A stretch of DNA of 52,473 nt from a virus (lineage: Duplodnaviria; Caudoviricetes). Positions within the stretch are counted from its first letter, which is position 1. Each line of letters starts with the position of its first letter. The stretch is taken from the IMG/VR virus record IMGVR_UViG_3300009597_000016, positions 1 to 52,473 of that record; one strand, 5' to 3'. Shown here one piece after another: positions 38,775 to 47,300 of the stretch. The notes beneath the pieces were generated by a model. That model saw nothing but the letters and a program-made list of their open reading frames with translations, ran no database searches and was not told the DNA's origin. A program made the position numbers and the translations under genes.

Positions 38775-39223
38775 TTTTTCCATGACTTAAACCTGTAATA
38801 AAAATCTTCCCAGCTCTTCACAATCACGTATATGCCACCAGCCCTTTCTAATCTGGACTGAAATTCTTTTTGGACTTCACTCTGTGTATCCCGGCCAATC
38901 TTCACTTCGATCGAATAGATCCGTCCTTTGAGAACAATCTGCAAATCTCCCTGACCAACGTTATGTCCTGGTAGCCACATGCCCTTCATCTGACGAGTAC
39001 GACCGATCACATCCACTACCGTAGCTCCGTTACGGAATCTTCCTTCGGATCCGGTACGCTGACACATGATGCCTTGAATTGTACAGAAGTCAAGGATGGC
39101 CAGGGTCAATCCATTGGCCGTCTTGTCGGAGTATACCTTGCGATAACGGCCATGTTCAGGTACGTTCGGATGCTTGGCCAAGTCGTACTGGAAGCGGGCT
39201 TCAGTTAGGTCTTTGAGTGTCAT
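38771..39223 (-). CDS. VRR-NUC family nuclease
   Basis: GQGDL...SIEVKIGRDTQSEVQKEF...GGIYVIVKS. Confidence 0.8.
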   Translation of the reverse strand: MTLKDLTEARFQYDLAKHPNVPEHGRYRKVYSDKTANGLTLAILDFCTIQGIMCQRTGSEGRFRNGATVVDVIGRTRQMKGMWLPGHNVGQGDLQIVLKGRIYSIEVKIGRDTQSEVQKEFQSRLERAGGIYVIVKSWEDFYYRFKSWKK

Positions 39224-39491
39224 GTTTGGAGAGAACTTCTTTAGCTTTTAACAACGTTGGATTTTCCATTGCTGCTTCGTATTGGTATGATTCAACCATG
39301 TCATTCAACGCCTCAAGTAGTTCCGCTTTGTCGGCTGCTAGTTTTTCACATTGATATACGTAGGCAATATACAGTTCCTTCAGTCGCTCGTTCTCTGCCT
39401 TGAGCGCAGCGAGTTCATCCCTCAGTGTTTTATCCCGCCTGTCATTAGCGGCTGACATACCGTAATAAGCTTCCATGTCTTCGGGTGTCAT
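39201..39491 (-). CDS. Hypothetical protein
   Basis: Probable start MTPEDME at 39491; shares a segment with the 37602 ORF. Confidence 0.6.
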   Translation of the reverse strand: MTPEDMEAYYGMSAANDRRDKTLRDELAALKAENERLKELYIAYVYQCEKLAADKAELLEALNDMVESYQYEAAMENPTLLKAKEVLSKHDTQRPN

Positions 39492-39643
39492 ATTTTCCTC
39501 CGTTTCCGTAAGTACCACCATCCCAATAGCAATCCAGCGATGAGCAGGATCACCGTACCTGTGAGCGGAACAGGTTGTCCTGTGCGTGGATCAACTTCCC
39601 CTGGATTCCCCGGAGGTTGTGGTTGAATTAGTGTGTATGTCAT
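39488..39643 (-). CDS. 51-aa Pro-rich / TM / basic-tail peptide (CTERM sorting-signal-like)
   Basis: MTYTLIQPQPPGNPGEVDPRTGQPVPLTGTVILLIAGLLLGWWYLRKRRKI; ATGA-coupled on both sides. Confidence 0.6.
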   Translation of the reverse strand: MTYTLIQPQPPGNPGEVDPRTGQPVPLTGTVILLIAGLLLGWWYLRKRRKI

Positions 39644-39978
39644 CGGTAATAAAAAGCATCCTGTAATTTCTCAGGGTCCGACTCTACGATGTAGCCTCTA
39701 ATGGTTACATCAGGGTTGTACCCGAATCGATATGAGCTTCTACTTTCATATCCGTAATTAATTTCAATATTCATTGGATCAATCGTAGCCACCACAATAT
39801 TATCTTTATTGACAATGTACAACTTGGCCCTCTCAAGATCCCCATCAACATGGACGAAGTTCTTCACTTCTTCCGGCTGATATATCTCTATACGATCCGA
39901 CTTCTTAACTATTTCCTTCCCCAGGAATGGCAACGCACTCAGGGAAGGTATTATCGCCAGGAATTGACTTCTGTTCAT
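39640..39978 (-). CDS. Hypothetical protein
   Basis: 112 aa; MNRSQFL start is reminiscent of a degenerate Tat-like leader. Confidence 0.55.
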   Translation of the reverse strand: MNRSQFLAIIPSLSALPFLGKEIVKKSDRIEIYQPEEVKNFVHVDGDLERAKLYIVNKDNIVVATIDPMNIEINYGYESRSSYRFGYNPDVTIRGYIVESDPEKLQDAFYYR

Positions 39979-40102
39979 TTGTTTCTATTCGTTTACGCGC
40001 TGCATATTCTCGTTGATACTCGGCTTCCTTGTCAGCCCGTGTGTACTTAGTGCGAGTCCGATAGACCCGCTGATATAATTTACGTTCTTCTCTTGAATAC
40101 AT
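39905..40102 (-). CDS. Hypothetical basic protein
   Basis: YQRVYR/YQREYA repeats. Confidence 0.45.
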   Translation of the reverse strand: MYSREERKLYQRVYRTRTKYTRADKEAEYQREYAARKRIETNEQKSIPGDNTFPECVAIPGEGNS

Positions 40103-40275
40103 TACTCTTGAATTAGTTCTAACTCAGGTTCCTTACCTCCCTTAATCGTGTGATAACCATTGAAATTTAACTTGATCTTAGTTCCGTCCTCAAACTCAAT
40201 CAAGAGTTTATTGATATCACATTCATAGCAATCGACAATGCGCTTGCCTTTCAGGTCTTGGGGTAGGATGTTCAT
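40102..40275 (-). CDS. Small hypothetical protein (57 aa)
   Basis: Manually translated MNILPQDLKGKRIVDC...LLIEFEDGTKI. Confidence 0.55.
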   Translation of the reverse strand: MNILPQDLKGKRIVDCYECDINKLLIEFEDGTKIKLNFNGYHTIKGGKEPELELIQE

Positions 40276-40418
40276 TTTTTGGTTCCTCGTTTAATTAAGT
40301 CTGCTAATGCGTCTTCTTTGTTTTGTTTTGTCTGCAGTGCATAGAGATGCCAACGCATCACCACATCCTCAGGCAACCTGGAATTGATCGCCTTCCTTGA
40401 TTTTTCTTTGTCTTTCAT
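40272..40418 (-). CDS. RHH-like small DNA-binding protein (48 aa)
   Basis: KAINSRLPEDVVMRWHLYALQTKQNKEDALADLIKRG. Confidence 0.5.
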   Translation of the reverse strand: MKDKEKSRKAINSRLPEDVVMRWHLYALQTKQNKEDALADLIKRGTKK

Positions 40419-41110
40419 TTTGGTCCAAGTTTTAATATAGAATCCTTTTTGTTCTCGTAATGTTTTCGCAGCACCAGGTGGATATCGATCAGGTGATTCA
40501 ACTCTTCTCTTCCTTCCTTCAGGTAATCCGGGTAATCCAGTACCGGCAGGAAGAACAACGGGTGGCCTACTACCTTCTTAGCCTGACCAATAAACTCAAA
40601 GCTCTTAATACCCGGGGCTGACATATACAATGCAGCTTGCCGGAAATAATCGAACTCACGGCTCTTCTTAAGAAAGTCATCCTCGCTCGTACAACTGGTT
40701 CCCTTAAGATCCCATACCTTCTGCGCCTTGCGTATATCGAGGTACATAAGTATAAGCGCACCACGATAAATAAACTGAATCTCGACCTCTGTCTCGGCTC
40801 CACGTAAGATCGGCTTAACTCTAGGATCCTCACGGAAGCTCTTCGCCATCTGTCCGCACAAGTAATCATCTTTCTCCAGGACTGTTTCTTCTTCATCGGG
40901 TTCTAATGCTCGTTTATGATGCTCTGTACCAAAGGTTAGAAAGGACTCGGACCCGAACCACTGGCTCTCTCCGATCAGCGCTCGTTTCAACGTACTCAAG
41001 TATGAGTTGCTGATGTGAGGCTTGTCCGTACGCACTACGTGTGCAAGGTGTAACACTTTCTCAACTCCGGTTTTAGCCTTCATGCCTATTGGGATCAAGT
41101 AACTTCTCAA
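40415..41110 (-). CDS. PD-(D/E)XK exonuclease (RecE/DUF3799-like)
   Basis: HISNSYL, FGTEHH, YLD...WDLKGT and YFRQAALY. Confidence 0.75.
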   Translation of the reverse strand: MRSYLIPIGMKAKTGVEKVLHLAHVVRTDKPHISNSYLSTLKRALIGESQWFGSESFLTFGTEHHKRALEPDEEETVLEKDDYLCGQMAKSFREDPRVKPILRGAETEVEIQFIYRGALILMYLDIRKAQKVWDLKGTSCTSEDDFLKKSREFDYFRQAALYMSAPGIKSFEFIGQAKKVVGHPLFFLPVLDYPDYLKEGREELNHLIDIHLVLRKHYENKKDSILKLGPK

Positions 41111-41339
41111 AGTTCTGCCGTTGCTCCAGGTGAGCCATCAGTCCGTCCACACCGTCCTTGTGCTGCTCGGCAGCAAACTTGGACATTACCATCAGGCACA
41201 GCGCCATGACAGATTGCTTATGGTCCTCGTTTGATTTCTCCAGGTAATCAAAGCAAGCTCTTGCCAGCTCCAGTATAAGCGGCTTCTCGGGAGATGAACC
41301 CCCAAGTTCAACGAGTATATCTATATGATCTTTTCTCAT
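41073..41339 (-). CDS. Hypothetical protein
   Basis: 88-aa ORF in the operon. Confidence 0.55.
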   Translation of the reverse strand: MRKDHIDILVELGGSSPEKPLILELARACFDYLEKSNEDHKQSVMALCLMVMSKFAAEQHKDGVDGLMAHLEQRQNFEKLLDPNRHEG

Positions 41340-41668
41340 AGCGCTTCAAGTTGTTCAGCTAACCGCTGAGTTTGGTCTTCAACATATGACTCGGAACAAG
41401 TGATAAGATTATCACCATAATGGGCGGTATCGAATCCAACGATCCAATGACCTTTGAAGTCTTCAGGCCAGCTAAAGCCATCCGGCATTTCTCCATCGTG
41501 ATAGTGGTTGCTATATGTGAGTCCACCGTGAACGTCCACAGGGATATCATAATAAGGTACACCATAATACTTGTGTCCTTCAGGGATAGCAACGTAACCA
41601 CATCCCCAGCCTGCCTGCATGTATGCTCTCATACCACCCCATGGTGCTGGTCTTACTACTGTCTTCAT
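41336..41668 (-). CDS. Conserved phage hypothetical protein
   Basis: CGYVAIP-GH...VHGGLTY...WIVGFDTAHYGD, a recurrent phage family. Confidence 0.7.
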   Translation of the reverse strand: MKTVVRPAPWGGMRAYMQAGWGCGYVAIPEGHKYYGVPYYDIPVDVHGGLTYSNHYHDGEMPDGFSWPEDFKGHWIVGFDTAHYGDNLITCSESYVEDQTQRLAEQLEAL

Positions 41669-41862
41669 AACTCTCTAAGGTTTGAGATTCGTACTACATC
41701 TTCCAGTAACTCGATGATCTTCTCCTGATTCTTGACTCTGACATTGATCTTGTAATACCACAGGACAAATTCCCTGACCAGCACAAAGACAACGATAGAG
41801 AGTACTACAAAGGCAACAATGAAAATGGCTGTTGTTGCCGGATTGAAATTATTATAGTTCAT
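41665..41862 (-). CDS. Small single-TM protein
   Basis: TM helix followed by REFVLWYYKIN. Confidence 0.6.
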   Translation of the reverse strand: MNYNNFNPATTAIFIVAFVVLSIVVFVLVREFVLWYYKINVRVKNQEKIIELLEDVVRISNLREL

Positions 41863-42104
41863 AGTTTGCGACTCTTAAGTTCTTGTCTAAATATTTTTAT
41901 CCACTTAACTTTTCCACCGAGATACCCTCTAGGTATAGTCATTTCTCCTTTACCATTCAAACACCTGATCACATTCTTGATGTGGTCGGTAGTCATATCC
42001 TTTACAGGTAGATGTCTCTTATCAGCGGTGATCCATACTGGACCACTGTCAATTGTGAAATCCAATTCATCGCGATCCCTGTAATACTCTGCCATGTTTC
42101 CCAT
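41859..42104 (-). CDS. Conserved phage hypothetical protein
   Basis: MG-MAEY...WITAD...VKDMTTDHIKN. Confidence 0.6.
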   Translation of the reverse strand: MGNMAEYYRDRDELDFTIDSGPVWITADKRHLPVKDMTTDHIKNVIRCLNGKGEMTIPRGYLGGKVKWIKIFRQELKSRKL

Positions 42105-42131
42105 ATACGTTGTGTGATCTTAAAGATCTTC

Positions 42132-42188
42132 GACCGAGTCGGGGAGGAGGAAAGACCCTCTCTGTAAAACCCCCTCCCGTTCCCAGTC
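42132..42188 (-). repeat. Structured intergenic repeat, copy 1
   Basis: GACCGAGTCGGGGAGG...ACCCTCTC...CCTCCC...CCAGTC hairpin. Confidence 0.7.
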
Positions 42189-42211
42189 TAGGTTTAGGAC
42201 TTTATTATGAC

Positions 42212-42640
42212 TTATTCATTTTTGTAAATATTCAGTGTGGTTTGCATCCCTCTAATTTTTGCTTTTAAATCTTTTATCTGTTCCTCTAGAATCTTGTTTT
42301 TATCCCTTTCTACTTTTAAAGCCATCCTGAAATCTTTACGTTGACCGACTACCCCCAACTCTCGTTTTTCAATTTGCTCGATCTCTGCCTGCATACCGAT
42401 CTGAGTTATCCTAAGAACCTCTTTAAGTCCGTCATTTTCTTGTTGGAGCGCCTCACATTTGAAATAGAGCTTATCTTTAACATCAATAACATCATTCAAT
42501 CTCTCCTGTACCAAGACGAGATCATGGGTATCAAGTGATCCATGAATAAAGCCAGCCACATAAGCATCATACATTACGTTATCAATATCATGGAATGTAT
42601 TTTTTTTAACGTATTCTTTTGCAGATTCTTCTTTATTCAT
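42212..42640 (-). CDS. Hypothetical coiled-coil protein
   Basis: 142 aa; shares VKD-LY-KCE-LQ with the 37602 ORF. Confidence 0.6.
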   Translation of the reverse strand: MNKEESAKEYVKKNTFHDIDNVMYDAYVAGFIHGSLDTHDLVLVQERLNDVIDVKDKLYFKCEALQQENDGLKEVLRITQIGMQAEIEQIEKRELGVVGQRKDFRMALKVERDKNKILEEQIKDLKAKIRGMQTTLNIYKNE

Positions 42641-42674
42641 AATTTTTTTTAGTTGAGATGAACCTCTCTTTTAA

Positions 42675-42724
42675 GACTGAGTCGGGGAGGAAAACCCTCT
42701 CAAATAAACCTCCCCGGTCCAGTT
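42675..42724 (-). repeat. Structured intergenic repeat, copy 2
   Basis: GACTGAGTCGGGGAGG...ACCCTCTC...CCTCCCCG..CCAGT hairpin. Confidence 0.7.
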
Positions 42725-42820
42725 CAGGTAATCAAAAATGGGGGGACAGATGAGAGACAGTCGTAACCCATCACGGAAATCCCTGTATGACACCCATCCC
42801 CTTTTCTTGTGTGAGGTATA

Positions 42821-43462
42821 CTACCTCTTCTTCCCTTTCCCAGCAAACGCTGATACCTTTGCAGGTACTTTCACCGGAGCCTTAGTAGGTACAGGAACAG
42901 GGACCTTAGGTCCTTCTGCAATCGCAGCAGCGCCTTGTGGTGACTTGGCGATGTTGTCCTTCTTGTACTGAGGCAACAGATCAAAGTTGTCCACATCGAA
43001 GTTATCCAGGTCCAGCACGAATTGATCGGTGTAGGATGGATACTTCTTCTTGGCCTGATCCTTACCCAGCGGCATGAGCGACTTGATCTCCACGTTCATG
43101 TAATCGCCTGACTCAATCAAGGCGATGTTCATCTGGCACATCGTGCCAAGCAATGAATCGAGTTCTTCGTCCTTGCCCCACTTACGGCCCAGCATCTCTT
43201 CGATGCACTTCAGCATCGCGGATCCTTTACCGATCGTGTTGCCGAACTTACGATCAACGAGCAAGGGTTGTTCTCCCTTGTCCTCATTGAAGACGTGTAG
43301 GTCATGCTCTTCCAAGAGTTCCCACACGAACTCAACCTTGGCTCTGCCGTCTGGTGCATAGTTGTCGACCTGTTCACCATAGTCGAGAATCTGCACTAGC
43401 CGTGCGATGTGAATACCTGGCTCGGGATTGATACGAGCGCCTCCTGATTTTTTAGCTTTCAT
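42821..43462 (-). CDS. Putative ssDNA-binding/replication organiser protein
   Basis: PGIHIARLVQILDYGEQ...FVWEL...LGTMCQMNI is typical of phage SSB-like proteins. Confidence 0.6.
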   Translation of the reverse strand: MKAKKSGGARINPEPGIHIARLVQILDYGEQVDNYAPDGRAKVEFVWELLEEHDLHVFNEDKGEQPLLVDRKFGNTIGKGSAMLKCIEEMLGRKWGKDEELDSLLGTMCQMNIALIESGDYMNVEIKSLMPLGKDQAKKKYPSYTDQFVLDLDNFDVDNFDLLPQYKKDNIAKSPQGAAAIAEGPKVPVPVPTKAPVKVPAKVSAFAGKGKKR

Positions 43463-43510
43463 AGTTTTTAAAACTTTTATTAGCTTGTTCTGGCAATATT
43501 GCCATTATCT

Positions 43511-44068
43511 TTAACCCCACTGGGTGGCCATTGCATGCGCAATCCCCCTGTAAGTTGTTGAACGTTCCTTCCATCTCGTTTCTGATGGTCCCATCTTCCA
43601 TACCCGTTGCTCACGACCCTCGACAATATTTGTCGGAACCAGCTCGGGTAGGTTGTACTCCCAAATGCAGGTCGCTTTCATTTCACCGTGACCGAACTGC
43701 CATGGGTGAATGATCTGCGTGTACTTCGGGATCCTAGCATGTTTGTGCGGGATCGGATTCTCGATGGCCACCTTCTTGCCACTTTCTCCCAGTCTCACAA
43801 AGTAGTTGAAGAATTCAACGGCTGCATCAAGCTCACTCCACAAGTTGCGTTCAGCAAGCCATCTGACTCCGCTGTTAGCGATCCGTGTGCAGGGAGGATG
43901 AGCAATGATCAGATCAAACGCTGTCATGTCTATGTTCATCACATCTCCCTGACAATGCTTACCCGGACGTTCCGATGGAAGCAGGTCGCAGGACCATGCG
44001 TCATGTCCACGGGCCGTAAATGCATCCCGCACTATACCGCTATACTCACAGGCTACCAGTACTTTCAT
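43511..44068 (-). CDS. Short phage DNA cytosine methyltransferase
   Basis: VLVACEYSG, SCDL, AHPPC (catalytic PC), IENP, PWQFGH and RSTTYRGIA-AMA-QWG. Confidence 0.8.
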   Translation of the reverse strand: MKVLVACEYSGIVRDAFTARGHDAWSCDLLPSERPGKHCQGDVMNIDMTAFDLIIAHPPCTRIANSGVRWLAERNLWSELDAAVEFFNYFVRLGESGKKVAIENPIPHKHARIPKYTQIIHPWQFGHGEMKATCIWEYNLPELVPTNIVEGREQRVWKMGPSETRWKERSTTYRGIAHAMATQWG

Positions 44069-44289
44069 AACATTGACTTTAGTTCGGCCTTGATCCTACG
44101 TGCTGTTTCGCCGCGCCAGGTTTTAGCGTTGACAAGGAAATAATTCACGACAGTCCTGCCATCATCAGCTCCATAGTTCTCATCGACAGCATGCATAGTC
44201 AGCATGGCCTGAAGATACGGCACGGCTGCAAAGTACGGTGGCTGCCAGTCCACGCAAATTTCAATGGCAATCTCTCGTAGTGTTCTCAT
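44065..44289 (-). CDS. Conserved phage hypothetical protein
   Basis: MRTLREIA...YFAAVPYLQAM...YFLVNAKTWRGETARRIKAEL; start reassigned to 44289. Confidence 0.65.
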   Translation of the reverse strand: MRTLREIAIEICVDWQPPYFAAVPYLQAMLTMHAVDENYGADDGRTVVNYFLVNAKTWRGETARRIKAELKSML

Positions 44290-44499
44290 GTTAGTAGAAG
44301 CGAAACCGGGACTTGAGGTAATCTCCTCCCGGAACTCGCAGTTTTTGCTTTTAAAAGCTTTTATCGTTTGTGATAATAGTTTACATATGAATTCGGATGC
44401 GACTGAAACCCACCTTGATGGTAGTACCGGTACTGAACAGATCCTGTGCGTCTGGTCTTCTCCATGGAGGCGTAGGAACAACACAGCAATAATAAAATG

Positions 44500-44703
44500 C
44501 TAAGAATTCTCATTGTACCGATCCTCCAGCTCGATAATCTCATGTACCAAATCGTAAATAATCTGATCGTATTTCCAGTACTCGTCAGAGAATGGTTTGA
44601 TCTCTCCTGACATAACCTTATCATACAACTCATCTTCCATCTCTGTCTTCTGCCTCGACAGGGATCTGATCCCCACCTGAAGCTGATGTCCTAGTCCTTC
44701 CAT
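44500..44703 (-). CDS. Hypothetical acidic protein
   Basis: Probable start MEGLGHQ at 44703. Confidence 0.5.
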   Translation of the reverse strand: MEGLGHQLQVGIRSLSRQKTEMEDELYDKVMSGEIKPFSDEYWKYDQIIYDLVHEIIELEDRYNENS

Positions 44704-44873
44704 ATCACTGCTCCCTCCTCGATGAGCGCTTGTGCCATACGGCCATACGATCCTTGTAACTGCCATGCCATACCGTTGTCTACCAATGCCTGGAAGAGTT
44801 CAACCACCTCGTCCCAGTCCAATTCCCCGGCCTCGTAGGCCATGATCTGTGCGGTAATGTCCATGTCAGTCAT
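44691..44873 (-). CDS. Conserved phage hypothetical protein
   Basis: IMAYEAGEL...LFQALVDNGMAWQLQGSYGRMA. Confidence 0.65.
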   Translation of the reverse strand: MTDMDITAQIMAYEAGELDWDEVVELFQALVDNGMAWQLQGSYGRMAQALIEEGAVIWKD

Positions 44874-45084
44874 TGTTTGCTCTGAAGTACCCAGGCTCAT
44901 TTGGTGCGTCACAAAGCGATTCAAATTTCCACTTATTCACCGCTGCTATGTAATCCGTAAAGGTAGGATACTCAATTTGCATCGGCTTGCGTTTCTCACA
45001 TGAAGCCTCATGTTCCTTCACTGCGATCTCATAGCGGTCCCACTGTGCTTGCGTGGTTCCTGCTGGTAATTTTTTGATTTTCAT
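44866..45084 (-). CDS. Hypothetical protein
   Basis: 72 aa ending CDAPNEPGYFRANND. Confidence 0.6.
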   Translation of the reverse strand: MKIKKLPAGTTQAQWDRYEIAVKEHEASCEKRKPMQIEYPTFTDYIAAVNKWKFESLCDAPNEPGYFRANND

Positions 45085-45098
45085 CTGCGAGTTTTAGT

Positions 45099-45254
45099 TT
45101 ATAGTGATAATGGATCTTTTCTCTTTCTTTTTTCAAAAGCGATCTCAGTCAGTCTCTTCTCAATATAAGGCTTGAGAAGCATCCCCTCATCGGCAGCCTT
45201 GATGCGCAAGGCTCTCTTTACTTCTTCGTGCAGGTCAATTAATAGTCGTGCCAT
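45099..45254 (-). CDS. RHH (Arc/ParG-like) regulator, 51 aa; first gene of the leftward arm
   Basis: MARLLIDLHEEVKRALRIKAADEGMLLKPYIEKRL. Confidence 0.65.
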   Translation of the reverse strand: MARLLIDLHEEVKRALRIKAADEGMLLKPYIEKRLTEIAFEKRKRKDPLSL

Positions 45255-45288
45255 ATGCGAGTTTTAGTTTATAAGCGATCTAACGGTG

Positions 45289-45320
45289 TAAAGATATCAT
45301 AGGTTTCATAGATTTGCAAA
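45289..45320 (-). promoter_or_regulatory. Bacteroidota-type promoter of the leftward arm
   Basis: TTTG, 20-nt spacer, TATCTTTA on the minus strand. Confidence 0.6.
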
Positions 45321-45401
45321 TTTATTTTCTGTTCCGGCAACAAATTTATTTCTTGCAATATATGATTTATTTTATAACTTGCAAATCACTTAAACACTTT
45401 T

Positions 45402-47141
45402 ATGGATCACGATATTATCAAAACGGCCGCTGCCGCCAGGGCATTGGCCAAAGACCTAAAGCGCTGTCCCACAGTGGCTTGGGATACAGAAACCGATGGG
45501 CTGGATTGGATCCGGGGACACATGTTTTGGATGCAATTTTCAGACGGTAAGAAAGCATGGCTTGTTGATATTCGCAAGGTTGATCCCCTGATTTTTAAAT
45601 CCTTACTTGAGGGTGAGGGAATAAAAATTATACATAATTCTGCCTTCGACGCAGCCTGGGTCAAACGGGAATTCGGCATCAACGTCCGTAACATTATAGA
45701 CACCAGGTATCAGGAACAGATGATCCTCGGCATAGCGCTACCTCGCGGACTGAAGAAAGCTGAGCGGGAAATGTATGAGCCTCTTTTTAGTGCTTCTCTC
45801 AAGTGGTGCTTGAAACGTAGGGGATGGGCAGACAAGATGATCTTCACTCCGTTCTTCAAAGATGTTGAGCCTGATGCCGAGCAAATCGAATACATGGTCA
45901 GGGATGTGGAGTTCCTCCATGCACTCGCGCAGGACCAGCACTGCAAGATCGAAGCGATGGGGTTGCAGAATGTTCAGATTCTGGAGAATGAGATCTGCGA
46001 AGTCGTAGTGGAGATGATGAACAACGGGTTCGGGATTGATAAGGAAGGATGGCTAAAGTATGCACAATCAGAAGAGAGAATCGTCAATCGTGCTTCCCGA
46101 AAGCTTAAGAAGATTGCTGACATCAACTGGGGATCCTGGCAGCAGTTCTGTAACTACTTCGGCGTACATCGCACAGATGACCTAGCCGGATACCAGTACA
46201 GATCCGACAGAACTCCACAGCAACATGAAGCCTATGAATTATTCAGTGCTATCCGTGACGGGCATGTTAAGAACACCACCACCTACGGAGTAGACTGGAT
46301 CACCAACCATGTCCATCGTGGACTGGTACGTTGCCAGTACACCCAGATGGTGAACACCTCCCGATTCAGCTGCGACAATCCGAATCTTCAGAATATCCCG
46401 GCTGAAACGAAGCACCGGTCCTTTATGATCCCGGGGCATGGTAAGAACAACGTGTTTATCGCCGCCGACTTTTCCTCCCAGGAGATGGCCATCATGGCTG
46501 TAGGCGCACAGGAACAGGGCTGGCTGGAGTGCTTACGAAAGGGTGATGATCTGCACGGCAAGATCGCCAGCGAGATCCTGAGCGATTGGGACAGCTATGA
46601 CGAGGCGGAGAAGAAGCGTCAGCGGAAGATCGTCAAGATCATCAACTTCAGTATCGCCTACGGAGCAGGGACTGCCACCATCGCTGAACGGGCTGGTGTG
46701 GATGAGGATACCATCGTCACCAGGTTATCAGCCATGAAACGGAAGTATCCTGCGCTGTTCAACTGGCTGAATACAAACGGGAAGAAAGCCAAGGTCACCT
46801 GGGAGTCGTACTCGATGCCCCCGTTCAATCGGTACAGATCCCTGGTGATGGAAACCGAGGGCTGGAGGCGAGTGAACATTGGTAAGAACAATCCTGTCCA
46901 GGCTACTGCGGCTGATCTTAGCAAGCTGGCGATGTACCTGATGTGGCAGAAAATAAAAGGCGGACTCAAGGCGTGGTTCATCCACATGTTGCACGATGAA
47001 CTGATCATCGAGTGTCATCAGAAAGATGCTGGTAAAGTATCAGCTGTGCTGGTGGCATGCATGAACCAGGCGTGTATAGAAATACTGGGGGAACCATTAT
47101 CGAACCCCGAAGTAAAGATTAAAACCAACTGGTCGAAATAA
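45402..47141 (+). CDS. polA: Family A DNA polymerase with 3'-5' exonuclease
   Basis: Exo motifs DTETDG, HNSAFD and YMVRD; SRFSCDNPNLQNIP; motif A DFSSQE; motif B RKIVKIINFSIAYG; motif C HDE. Confidence 0.93.
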   Translation: MDHDIIKTAAAARALAKDLKRCPTVAWDTETDGLDWIRGHMFWMQFSDGKKAWLVDIRKVDPLIFKSLLEGEGIKIIHNSAFDAAWVKREFGINVRNIIDTRYQEQMILGIALPRGLKKAEREMYEPLFSASLKWCLKRRGWADKMIFTPFFKDVEPDAEQIEYMVRDVEFLHALAQDQHCKIEAMGLQNVQILENEICEVVVEMMNNGFGIDKEGWLKYAQSEERIVNRASRKLKKIADINWGSWQQFCNYFGVHRTDDLAGYQYRSDRTPQQHEAYELFSAIRDGHVKNTTTYGVDWITNHVHRGLVRCQYTQMVNTSRFSCDNPNLQNIPAETKHRSFMIPGHGKNNVFIAADFSSQEMAIMAVGAQEQGWLECLRKGDDLHGKIASEILSDWDSYDEAEKKRQRKIVKIINFSIAYGAGTATIAERAGVDEDTIVTRLSAMKRKYPALFNWLNTNGKKAKVTWESYSMPPFNRYRSLVMETEGWRRVNIGKNNPVQATAADLSKLAMYLMWQKIKGGLKAWFIHMLHDELIIECHQKDAGKVSAVLVACMNQACIEILGEPLSNPEVKIKTNWSK

Positions 47142-47149
47142 ACCACCAG

Positions 47150-47278
47150 TTCCATAAGTGAAGATGACCTTGTCGGGTTCTCAGTGTCTGATCAGGGGAA
47201 ACCCCCTTCAAAACGTTCGGTTCGGTGGTATGATTGTGACTCATGGACGTAATGATCAGAAAAGACTGACTGATGGAA
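47150..47278 (+). ncRNA. Candidate multi-stem structured RNA
   Basis: TTCCAT/ATGGAA, TCAGT/ACTGA and TCTGATCA/TGATCAGA nested stems; GGGGAAACCCC hairpin. Confidence 0.45.
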
Positions 47279-47300
47279 AGACATCTTTAATTTTACAACT

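Noticed and set aside
44340-44500. Riboswitch or ribozyme in this intergenic gap
   Set aside because: Only short hairpins are visible and I recognise no consensus; a covariance search would be needed.
47150-47278. Hammerhead ribozyme
   Set aside because: CTGATCA and CTGATGG do not match the CUGANGA core.
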